A stretch of DNA of 15,978 bases from positions 1 through 15,978 of the forward strand of contig JAKSBL010000332.1 of NCBI GenBank assembly GCA_022361115.1. The letters are read 5' to 3'. Position 1 is the stretch's first letter. Each line of letters opens with the position of its first letter. The notes beneath the pieces were generated by a model that saw only the letters and a program-made list of their open reading frames with translations, was not told the origin of the DNA and did not search any database. Below are positions 1 to 7,547 of this stretch, piece after piece. Both the position numbers and the translations under genes were made by a program. Source of the stretch: Spirochaetota bacterium (GTDB lineage Bacteria > Spirochaetota > GWE2-31-10).

Positions 1-1165
1 AAATTATAAATTTAATACTGAGAAAAAAATAGAACTTCATGAAGAAGACGGTAGAGTAGATTTTAAAAATCTTAATATTGTACAAAATGTTGTTGCTGGA
101 CAAATCCTGGCAACAAAATCACCTGCCGATGAAGGTGAACCTGGTAGAACAGTAACCAATGAAATTTTACCAGCTAAATCAGGTAAAGATGTTCCTCTTA
201 ATCCCGGGAAGAATACAATTTTAACTGAGGATGGTATGAGTATTGTAGCTGAAAAAAATGGACAAGTTGCAATTACTGCAGGGAAAGTTGTTGTTGAAGA
301 GGTACTTACCATTCAAGGTGATGTAAATATGAAGGTTGGTAATATAACTTTCCTGGGAACTGTAATAGTTATTGGCAATGTTGAGGATGGTTTTTCCATT
401 AGTGCCCAAGGGAATATTGAGATTAGAGGTAGTGTGGGTAAATGTAACCTGGATGCAGAAGGAGATATAGTAGTCAGTCAGGGAATTATGGGTAAAGGTG
501 AAGGAACAATCCGTTCTGGTAAAAATTTATTTGCCAAATTTATTGAGAATGTGAAAAGTATTGATGTTACTGAAACTGTTATCGTTCAAGATGGCATTAT
601 GCATTCCTATATTGATGCTACTAAAGAGATTTCCTGTGTTGGTAAAAGGGCAACCATTGTTGGTGGGCGTTTAAGAGCCGGAGAGTTAGTAAAATCAAAA
701 ACAATTGGTTCAACAGCCGGAACTGAGACTATTATTGAAGTGGGTATTGATCCCAAGAAACGTCAAAGAATGCATGAGTTAAATGAAGATGCGGAAAAAG
801 CATATAAAGAATTAGAAGCGATTGAAGCGAATTTCCATAATCTGGAAAATCAAAAAAGACAATTGAGGAAAAACTTTCCTGAAGAAAAACAAAAACTATT
901 TGATGAATTAAAGGAAGAAATTACCAAACACAATGAAGTGATAGAAAATGTCAATAAAGAAAAAGAAGAAATTAATAAATACTTGGCAATGTTAAAAAAC
1001 AAAGGTAAAATCATAGCATCTAAGACCTGTTTTCCACAGGTAAAATTATATATCAAAAATGCGTTTCTCCAAATCCGTACGGAATATAAAAAAGTTGAGT
1101 TCGTGTTAGAACACGAAGAAATCAATGTGGAACAGTATACGGAGTCGGAGGATGACAGGAAATAA
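1..1165 (+). CDS. FapA/DUF342-family (flagellar assembly protein A-like) protein, 5'-truncated by the window edge. The frame is open from nt 2 and the track ORF at 236 is an internal Met.
   Basis: Open frame from nt 2 to the TAA at 1163-1165. Gly/Val/Ile-rich segments typical of the DUF342 repeat region are followed by a Lys/Glu-rich segment at 770-1000, which is a coiled-coil prediction by eye. Motility context comes from the downstream YjfB-like ORF. Confidence 0.6.
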   Translation, partial: NYKFNTEKKIELHEEDGRVDFKNLNIVQNVVAGQILATKSPADEGEPGRTVTNEILPAKSGKDVPLNPGKNTILTEDGMSIVAEKNGQVAITAGKVVVEEVLTIQGDVNMKVGNITFLGTVIVIGNVEDGFSISAQGNIEIRGSVGKCNLDAEGDIVVSQGIMGKGEGTIRSGKNLFAKFIENVKSIDVTETVIVQDGIMHSYIDATKEISCVGKRATIVGGRLRAGELVKSKTIGSTAGTETIIEVGIDPKKRQRMHELNEDAEKAYKELEAIEANFHNLENQKRQLRKNFPEEKQKLFDELKEEITKHNEVIENVNKEKEEINKYLAMLKNKGKIIASKTCFPQVKLYIKNAFLQIRTEYKKVEFVLEHEEINVEQYTESEDDRK

Positions 1166-1168
1166 ACA

Positions 1169-1501
1169 ATGGCAGTTAATCCATTAGATCTGCAAACAAA
1201 TTTTTTACAAATGTCCAATGTTGGAAAACAACAGGCATTATCTAAAGAGTCGCAGGTATTAAGACAGGACCATGCCAGTGAAAATTTGAGTAAAACTAGT
1301 GAAAAGAATGCTGAAGACGTACCTGAAACCAAACAAATAGCAGAGAACAGCGGGAAAGTAAAAAACGACGGTAGTCGAAAACAAAACCAGGAAGAAGAAA
1401 AAAATAAGCAAAAAAAAGAGAAAGAAAAATCTGATCAGCAAAATAGCAATTTAGAAGCAAATCCTTCTGGAATTGGTCAAAACATAGATTTACTGGGATG
1501 A
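1169..1501 (+). CDS. Small YjfB-like putative motility protein (PF14070-like termini) with an internal Lys/Glu-rich low-complexity insert
   Basis: ATG at 1169 with AGGAAA 7 nt upstream, only 3 nt after the FapA stop. The N-terminus 'LQMSNVGKQQALSKESQVL' and C-terminus 'GIGQNIDLLG' resemble the conserved ends of the YjfB family, whose proteins are normally about 60 aa. The middle is KEKEK-rich. Terminator immediately downstream. Confidence 0.5.
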   Translation: MAVNPLDLQTNFLQMSNVGKQQALSKESQVLRQDHASENLSKTSEKNAEDVPETKQIAENSGKVKNDGSRKQNQEEEKNKQKKEKEKSDQQNSNLEANPSGIGQNIDLLG

Positions 1502-1542
1502 TATTGGCCTTATGAAAAAACTTGTGTTTTATAAAAGACCAT

Positions 1543-1582
1543 AAAAAAACCTGTATCCGTTGAGTTGAATACAGGCTTTTTT
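1543..1582. terminator. Bidirectional rho-independent terminator between convergent genes
   Basis: Stem cctgtat (1550-1556) pairs with atacagg (1569-1575) around a 12-nt loop. A7 tract lies upstream (1543-1549) and T6 downstream (1577-1582). It sits between the + strand stop at 1501 and the - strand stop at 1599. Confidence 0.6.
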
Positions 1583-1598
1583 ATAGTTAAGTTATCCA

Positions 1599-1826
1599 TT
1601 AATCTCTAATTTTTTCCATGGTTCTCAAACAACGAGAACATACTCTCATTTTTTTGTTTGCACCATTGACTTCAATCACTTTGTTATGAAGATTAACTTT
1701 AAAAAGTCTTTTTGTTTTTACACCAATTTTAGAACCAGTACCACCTTTTTTCTTAGCCAGACCTTTTCTAGGTACATTGTTTCCAACTGAGGTACCTCTT
1801 CCACAAATATCACAATTTCTTCCCAT
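1599..1826 (-). CDS. rpmB: 50S ribosomal protein L28-like, C4 zinc-ribbon variant with an inserted Gly/Lys-rich loop
   Basis: ATG at 1826 preceded by GGAGGAAAATC. L28-like signatures are C-x2-C-G...VGNNV, KTKR..F.VNLH, and RV..R.LRT. A second CxxC (CSRC) completes a Cys4 ribbon. About 16 extra residues (RKGLAKKKGGTGSKIG) sit between GNNV and KTKR. Confidence 0.6.
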   Translation of the reverse strand: MGRNCDICGRGTSVGNNVPRKGLAKKKGGTGSKIGVKTKRLFKVNLHNKVIEVNGANKKMRVCSRCLRTMEKIRD

Positions 1827-1940
1827 GATTTTCCTCCGTATTATTCGTTTATCATTACAATGAATTCGTTAAAGGATATTCTCGTTATCCAGAGCATTAG
1901 AATATATTATTTCATTCTGCTATTTTCTCTTATTCGCAGA

Positions 1941-1969
1941 AATATAGTATTTTTTTTAGAATTTGTCAA
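1941..1969 (-). promoter_or_regulatory. Sigma-A-type promoter for the L28-like gene
   Basis: On the minus strand, TTGACA (1969-1964) is followed by a 17-nt spacer and TATATT (1946-1941). The predicted TSS is near 1933, about 107 nt upstream of the ATG at 1826. Confidence 0.4.
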
Positions 1970-2007
1970 GATTTCACCAGTTTTTTTTAAACATTACTCA
2001 CCTTTTT

Positions 2008-3615
2008 TTAAGTCAGTGAATGATGTAAGGTATGTTCATCCGAATATACCATATAATCCATATCCTGAAAAATAGTATCTCTTTTTTCACATTCTTCTAA
2101 ATAACCTATATCATAATGACCACTTTTTATCATTTCATATAAATCTAGAAATCTCTTGCTATGGCACTTAATTTTTTTTAAGGCATACTGAACTGTCGTA
2201 TTAGTCGTTAAGATAAAAGCCCAGCAAGATGTTTGTGCAATTTGTAATTCCCTGGCCATTTGATTCAGCAATCTTTTAAGTGTATGATCATTAGTATTTG
2301 GGTGCTGATTTGCCATTTCAACCATTTTATCAGCACATTCATGTAAATGTCGATATATCCAATCATTGGAATCATTTAGCCAAACTTCCATATAACCTTT
2401 GTTTCCCCAACTGGACATGGAAGGGGTAGAGACTTGGTTGACCGGATATTTTTTTAAATATTCTGTCGGTGTAATTAAATCAACCGTTTCAGATTGATAG
2501 ATCTCTCGGCAGAGGTAATTAATAAATTTAGGTCCTTCATACCACCAATGGCCAAAAAGTTCTGCATCATAAGGAGCTACGATAATTGGTTCCCGGTCCA
2601 TTATGGAACTGAGATATTCGACCTGTTTTTCCCGATTAAAACGAAAATTTGCTGCATGACTTTTTGCTTTAGCATCTGCCCATTCAGGGTGATAAGGTTG
2701 TTTTTCAACATTACGCCCGGTAATTCGATAATATTTAAAACCTGTCATCATACGAATACCATCATTATGAATATAAGGGCCAATGTAATCCAGAGGCAGG
2801 TCAAATCCAATATCCCGGTAAAATTCCCGATAATCCGAATCCCCTGGATAACCTTCTTCTGCTGACCAGACCTGTTTAGAGGACTCAACATCCCTGCCAA
2901 TAGCTGCTACCCCATTTCGACAGTATAGAGGAGCGAAAACACCATATTTAGGTCTTTTTTCTGCATATAATATGCCATGAGTATCAACAAAAAAGAAACG
3001 AATTCCCCACTTTTTTAAAAACTCTTCCAACCCAGGATAATAGGCACATTCTGCATTCCAAATACCTTTTGGATAACGGCCAAAATGTTTATAATAATTT
3101 TTGACTGCAGTTTCAATCTGGCCATTAATGGCATTATTATTGATATTCATTAATGGCATAAAGCCATGGGTAGCTCCACAGGTAATAATTTCTAATTTAC
3201 CCATGTCCTGGAAAGTCTTAAAACCCTTTAGTAAATTTTTCTGATATTTATTGACAAATACATCATAACAGGCAGTTAGATGATGGTGATACATTTCAGC
3301 TGTTGCATAAAAATCTGTATTGCGGGTTCGATTCAGTTCTTTATGAGAAAGTTCTATGAGTTTGTTTAATTTTGTTTCAAAACGATTTTGCAAAAGGTGA
3401 TCAGCAAACATTTCACATAGTGGAGGTGTTAAAGACATGGTTATTCGAAAATCAATTCCGTCATTTACCAAACTCTCATATGTTTGCAATAATGGGATGT
3501 AGGTTTCTATAATGGCTTCGTAAAACCAGTCTTCTTCCATAAAGGATTCATGTTCTGGATGACGAACAAATGGCAAGTGGGCATGAAGCATGAGACATAA
3601 ATAACCTTTAGACAT
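2008..3615 (-). CDS. GH57-family 1,4-α-glucan branching enzyme-type protein (GH57 catalytic domain + DUF1957-type C-terminal region)
   Basis: Real start is ATG at 3615 with GGGAGGAAAA immediately upstream. The track's TTG at 3636 would run through the RBS. GH57 signatures are the HxHxP motif 'LHAHLPF', the nucleophile motif 'WNAECAYYPG', and the acid/base motif 'YDAELFGHWWYEG'. Length about 535 aa. Confidence 0.85.
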   Translation of the reverse strand: MSKGYLCLMLHAHLPFVRHPEHESFMEEDWFYEAIIETYIPLLQTYESLVNDGIDFRITMSLTPPLCEMFADHLLQNRFETKLNKLIELSHKELNRTRNTDFYATAEMYHHHLTACYDVFVNKYQKNLLKGFKTFQDMGKLEIITCGATHGFMPLMNINNNAINGQIETAVKNYYKHFGRYPKGIWNAECAYYPGLEEFLKKWGIRFFFVDTHGILYAEKRPKYGVFAPLYCRNGVAAIGRDVESSKQVWSAEEGYPGDSDYREFYRDIGFDLPLDYIGPYIHNDGIRMMTGFKYYRITGRNVEKQPYHPEWADAKAKSHAANFRFNREKQVEYLSSIMDREPIIVAPYDAELFGHWWYEGPKFINYLCREIYQSETVDLITPTEYLKKYPVNQVSTPSMSSWGNKGYMEVWLNDSNDWIYRHLHECADKMVEMANQHPNTNDHTLKRLLNQMARELQIAQTSCWAFILTTNTTVQYALKKIKCHSKRFLDLYEMIKSGHYDIGYLEECEKRDTIFQDMDYMVYSDEHTLHHSLT

Positions 3616-3763
3616 TTTTCCTCCCTTATATTTCAAATGTGTACTTTTGTATTGTAAATTATTTCAATATAAATACAATCATTTTTTCTATTTATTCTTT
3701 TTTTGAATGGATACTTTGATCTTACTTAATTTTGTGTTTTCTGTAATCCAGTTTATATTAATT

Positions 3764-3798
3764 TAAAAAAATACCCTGCCTTTCGCACTGACAGGGTA
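3764..3798 (-). terminator. Rho-independent terminator downstream of the DUF4912 gene
   Basis: Stem taccctg (3772-3778) pairs with cagggta (3792-3798) around a 13-nt loop. On the minus-strand transcript it is followed by U7, the complement of aaaaaaa at 3764-3770. It lies 23 nt past the stop at 3821. Confidence 0.6.
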
Positions 3799-3820
3799 GA
3801 AAATATGTTTTTATTTATGT

Positions 3821-4600
3821 TTATTTACTGGATAAAGGTTTTACAGGTGAACTTACATTGCCACTGAACAAGCTTTCTTCTGTTACATTGCCGGCTAAAA
3901 ATTTCATGAGTTCCTGGCTGCCAATTTGTTGAAATAATTGATCAGCTCCTGAAGCTTTTAATATATTATTAAAATACTCATCACTCATCATCCATTCCTC
4001 ATCAATCTGGTCAGAAACATCGTCTCGAGGAGTGCTAGCTATATTTGATCGTAATACGGTTATAAATTGTCCATCTTTGATATAACCTAAATCTATAACA
4101 TAAGTGCGGTTAGGCTGTGGAAAGTTAATATACCAGTTATTAGCAGTGTTATTTATTTTAATATCAAAATGTGAATGAGGCTGTTCAGGATTATTGGTTC
4201 CAGTAATATCATACACCCGTAAATATTTTGTCTGGTTGTATAACTGATGTTCGTCCATTACAGCTTGGTTGGTTTCCCAGTAAACAAAACCCCAAAAAGG
4301 ATCTCTCACCATAAAAATCATTTTATTTTTACCATAATGACTTGGTAATGGAGGTGCATCTGAAAAAGTATTATACTGTGGTTGAGGCTGGGGTTGACTT
4401 AAAGCACTGCTACTTTGAGAACTGCTATCTTGAGAAAAATCTTTCTTTATTTCTTGAGCTGTTTCAGTAACTTTTTCAGCTGTTAAAATTAGCTGTATCA
4501 AGTCGGATTTTTTAGCTTTTGCAGTGAATTTCAGTTTTTTTTCATTAGCAATTGTTTTTAATTCTGCAACAGTTTTTTTCTTTAAATTACTCTCATTCAT
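3821..4600 (-). CDS. Rho_N-like N-terminal motif + DUF4912 domain protein
   Basis: ATG at 4600 with GGGAG 9 nt upstream. The N-terminus 'TVAELKTIANEKKLKF..KKSDLIQLIL' matches the Rho-termination-factor N-terminal (Rho_N/SAP-like) motif. It is followed by a Ser/Gln/Pro linker and a C-terminal region 'MIFMVRDPFWGFVYWE...' typical of DUF4912. Confidence 0.6.
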   Translation of the reverse strand: MNESNLKKKTVAELKTIANEKKLKFTAKAKKSDLIQLILTAEKVTETAQEIKKDFSQDSSSQSSSALSQPQPQPQYNTFSDAPPLPSHYGKNKMIFMVRDPFWGFVYWETNQAVMDEHQLYNQTKYLRVYDITGTNNPEQPHSHFDIKINNTANNWYINFPQPNRTYVIDLGYIKDGQFITVLRSNIASTPRDDVSDQIDEEWMMSDEYFNNILKASGADQLFQQIGSQELMKFLAGNVTEESLFSGNVSSPVKPLSSK

Positions 4601-4689
4601 AATTATGCTCCCTTTTTTTATTCCGATAGATACTGTAGGATCATGAAAAAAAAGACAAGCGTGCAGTGTTCTTACCGGATTACTTTTTG

Positions 4690-4719
4690 TTGACTAATAT
4701 ACCATTAGTTCAGTATAAT
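4690..4719 (+). promoter_or_regulatory. Orphan near-consensus sigma-70-like promoter on the + strand with no downstream + strand ORF
   Basis: TTGACT (4690-4695) is followed by an 18-nt spacer and TATAAT (4714-4719). It sits in the 385-bp AT-rich gap between two minus-strand genes. A 7-bp perfect inverted repeat TAGTTAA-ct-TTAACTA follows at 4727-4742. Confidence 0.25.
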
Positions 4720-4931
4720 TAATTTATAGTTAACTTTAACTATTTTTTTAAAATTATGGTTATTTCACAAAAAAAGTACTGAATCCTAAAAAAATATTTA
4801 CATTTCCTGTGAATCTAATAAAAAAATAAATGTTTGTCAAATGTTTTTTTTAATATTGTAAACAAAAAAAGAGAAATTAATTTTTTTTAAAAAATCAATT
4901 TCTCTGGAATAAAATTATTTGGAAAATGAAT

Positions 4932-4968
4932 GAAAAAAGTCTTGAAAGTAATATAAGCGGATAAGACT
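4932..4968 (-). terminator. Weak candidate terminator after the outer-membrane protein gene (end of the 8-gene cluster)
   Basis: A 6-bp stem agtctt (4938-4943) pairs with aagact (4963-4968) around a 19-nt loop. On the minus transcript it is followed by U6, the complement of a6 at 4932-4937. Poor stem and long loop, so low confidence. Confidence 0.25.
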
Positions 4969-4985
4969 CTTTTTGCATTTTCTTG

Positions 4986-6457
4986 TTAAAATTCTATCTT
5001 ACAGCTTATTTGATAATCCTGGTAAAATCCAACCATATTTGGACCAAACTCACCAGCTCGCCAATTTTTGTTAAGTAAATGCCAATCAAAAGGGTATTTT
5101 GCTGATATATTGATATTTAAAGCACTGATTGGTTCAACATCAAAGCTAATGTTTAATAATCCCGATTGATCTTCAATTCCAAATAAATAAGAGGTACTGA
5201 TATTTAAAAAATCATTAACAGTTACCCGCACCATTCCAAATAAATAGTTATGGCGTAAAAAATGCTGGGGCTTTATTGCTGTATTCATTACATAATATCT
5301 ATCCAATAAAGACATTTCTTCCCACTTTTGTGAGTCTGATGTATTATTATAAATACGATCCAATTCAAAATCATCATCTTCACTATTAAATGCCCAATCT
5401 AAAGCTCCCGGCCCATAAAAGAGATATTCAGCCAGAATATATACTTTTCCTTTGATGGTATAATCAAAACCAATGGCTGCCTCTAAACCTTCATAGCCAT
5501 AAAAATTCCGTTCATCATAAAATTGAGCTTCATAAAACCATTGCTGGTTAAAACGGTATATCATATCAATAAACAGAGCTATTTCAATATCTGCTTTTAA
5601 AGAAAAACCCACAATATGGGAGAAATCATTATTGGTATATTCTGGCAGATTATTTACACTAGGATCTGCAACGGTTCTGAATTCCATTTCTGGTAAAAAA
5701 AAACTGTATAAAAATTCAAAATTAATTTTTCCCAGATAAAAATTCGTAGCATTACCAAATTTCCAACCCCAACCTTGGCTATTGATTGGGTTTTCTGGTG
5801 CTAAAGCAAATAACTCTATCCTCCAGAAATCCATTGGATAAAATTTTGCCAATATACCCAATTGGCCATCTGGACGAGCACTAAGATTTATAGGATTACG
5901 AGGATTAAATAGATCAGTGGGACTGAAGGAATAACCAAATCCTCTGGCCACTCGAATCAGACCAATATCAATGTTAAAAAAATCATGCTGAATACTCATT
6001 TCCAAACGGTCTAATTCAAAAGCACCAATGTAAGTGGACTTATAATAAAAGGTATAGAGAAGAAACTAGTATTAGCCGAATTCCAGGCATGGGTAATACT
6101 TCCATCTAAAGATAAAGGATTATAATAAGAAGTTAAATCAGGAACAACGGAGTTCATAAATGAATAATATTGATACTGATATGTTTCAGTAGCTGTACCA
6201 GCTAACATGGTAAGGTTAAAAGAAGCCTGGAATTTCAAATATTGACCAATGTTAGCTTTAAAACGGAGATTTGTATAATTATCCCATCCCCAGCGAAATT
6301 CTCCATAGTCAGGATCATCTTCAAAAGTGAGAGCTTGCTGAAATTTAACAGTACTTTCATTGCTTCCATAAAATTTCAGTTTTGTTTTCACTGCAAATAG
6401 CTGACTGATTAATATTAAAACCAGGATGATGGATAATAATCTTTTAAACATAATCAT
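4986..6457 (-). pseudogene. Putative outer-membrane β-barrel protein gene split by a 1-nt frameshift (N-terminal part 6457..6011, C-terminal part 6005..4986). Either an authentic pseudogene or a homopolymer sequencing error.
   Basis: The 5' piece starts at ATG 6457 and encodes the signal peptide MIMFKRLLSIILVLILISQLFAV. The 3' piece has no signal peptide of its own, is rich in alternating aromatic/hydrophilic β-strand-like segments, and ends ...YQISCKIEF with a C-terminal Phe. The two frames are both open only across 6014-6063, around the run tataataaaagg (6041-6052). Joined, the product is about 490 aa. Confidence 0.6.
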
Positions 6458-6504
6458 TTTCCTTGGTATCTTGAATTATTAAAAATTTCGATTTTAACCC
6501 TGCG

Positions 6505-6536
6505 TCTTAATCCCTGAATTGATTCAGGGATTAAGA
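6505..6536 (-). promoter_or_regulatory. 32-bp perfect palindrome (15-bp arms) in the LolA-like/OMP intergenic spacer. Intra-operon hairpin (attenuator, processing or stabilising element) or protein-binding site.
   Basis: tcttaatccctgaat (6505-6519), then tg, then attcagggattaaga (6522-6536). On the minus transcript it lies about 40 nt after the LolA-like stop (6575) and about 50 nt before the OMP start (6457). No immediate U-tract follows. Confidence 0.45.
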
Positions 6537-6574
6537 ATAACACACAAAACCAGAGTTTTATCAATCAAGTTCCA

Positions 6575-7309
6575 TTATCTTTCTAAATTTCGCAGGGTAA
6601 ATGTATTAGAAGGAATTTTGATGTCTAATTCAATATTTTTCATAATAAATATGGTTTTAGAGTTTTTTCGTAATAAGTCATCAAAGATAATTTTGGTAGG
6701 AAAATTTTTACCTTTTATCTTTATAAAATCATCAATAATGGTTTCTCTTAATTTAACTCCTGATAGAGCAAATAATTCTTCCTTTATTGGAATAAAATCT
6801 TCTTTATCAACCCACATCATCCGTTTAGGGTAGGCTACTGTTTTCCGTTTTGCATTAAGTTCCAAAACCCAAACTGGCCGTCCATTTAAGGTGGTTTCTT
6901 TTACTATTTTTGCATTATACTGATTCGCTAAAGAATCATTGTTCTCTGACATATCTTCATAAGACATATCAGATCCCATCATGGATTCTTTTAACATATG
7001 TCCGGTAATGGGCATGATCTCTTCTAAGTCTTCTGTATAGACATAAATTTTACCATCTTTTTTTAGATATTTTGTTCCTTCATCATCAGAATTGGTGAAT
7101 TCCAGGAACATGTTTTCTTCACCTTCAAAGTACCCGTAAAAAGTTTTAACAATTTCTTTTCCTGAAATTTCAATAATCATTTCACCAGTATATTTACTGG
7201 ATTCTGATGTTTGGTTATTATCCACCCGATCTAAAATTTCGGTTGTATCAATAGCAAACGTAGAAAATGCCGTCCCCAGGATTAAAATGAATATCATTAT
7301 TCTTCTCAT
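6575..7309 (-). CDS. LolA-like periplasmic protein ('outer membrane lipoprotein-sorting protein' family, PF17131-like), with signal peptide
   Basis: ATG 7309 with AAAGGAGATAAT upstream. Signal peptide MRRIMIFILILGTAFSTFA. Length about 244 aa. Motifs such as 'TFYGYFEGEENMFLEF', 'KDGKIYVY' and 'RPVWVLEL' are consistent with the open β-barrel LolA-like fold. It is adjacent to the FtsX-type ABC genes. Confidence 0.5.
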   Translation of the reverse strand: MRRIMIFILILGTAFSTFAIDTTEILDRVDNNQTSESSKYTGEMIIEISGKEIVKTFYGYFEGEENMFLEFTNSDDEGTKYLKKDGKIYVYTEDLEEIMPITGHMLKESMMGSDMSYEDMSENNDSLANQYNAKIVKETTLNGRPVWVLELNAKRKTVAYPKRMMWVDKEDFIPIKEELFALSGVKLRETIIDDFIKIKGKNFPTKIIFDDLLRKNSKTIFIMKNIELDIKIPSNTFTLRNLER

Positions 7310-7547
7310 ATTATCTCCTTTAATATATAAAATTCAAAATATATATAAATTTAGTTTAATTCAATTTAAAATTAAAGTTCACATAAAATCACTAAAAGGT
7401 CACGGAGGAACACAAAACGAGTGTTGTTTATTTGAGCTAAAAAATCTTTAAAGCTGCTCTGATAACTAAAGGTTCTGTTAACTTGCTTCAGTTTTCTATT
7501 TTTAGTGTTCATTTGTGTCTTTCCGTGCCTTTTTGTGATCATTTTCT

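Noticed and set aside
37-409. Minus-strand ORFs 37..312 and 221..409
   Set aside because: They are antisense to the open FapA reading frame, which extends to the window start. They have no independent support.
850-1441. Minus-strand ORFs 850..1332 and 1259..1441 (Phe/Ser/Leu-rich)
   Set aside because: They are antisense to the Lys/Glu-rich coding segments of the FapA and YjfB-like genes, so an AAR/GAR-rich sense strand gives a YTT/YTC-rich antisense strand. They are artefacts of composition.
1913-1958. Hairpin ttctgc...gcagaa followed by T8 on the + strand, considered as a + strand terminator
   Set aside because: No + strand gene lies upstream. The T-run is 9 nt from a weak 6-bp stem. It is more likely part of the rpmB promoter or 5' region on the opposite strand.
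1860-2075. 71-aa + strand ORF in the rpmB/GH57 intergenic region
   Set aside because: It overlaps the 3' end of the GH57 gene and the rpmB promoter region. It is low-complexity and has no SD. It is most likely noise in AT-rich DNA.
2494-2865. 123-aa + strand ORF inside the GH57 gene
   Set aside because: It is antisense to a gene with unambiguous catalytic motifs.
3616-3636. Track start (TTG at 3636) for the GH57 gene giving an MKYKGGK N-terminal extension
   Set aside because: Those seven codons are the Shine-Dalgarno (AAGGGAGGAAAA) for the ATG at 3615, so the extension is an artefact of permitting TTG starts.
6014-6063. Programmed -1 ribosomal frameshift joining the two OMP pieces
   Set aside because: There is no X_XXY_YYZ slippery heptamer and no obvious downstream stimulatory structure in the overlap. 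An indel or sequencing error at the A/T run is the simpler explanation.
6519-6833. 104-aa + strand ORF overlapping the LolA-like gene
   Set aside because: It is antisense to a CDS that carries a signal peptide. It begins inside the palindrome and has no RBS.
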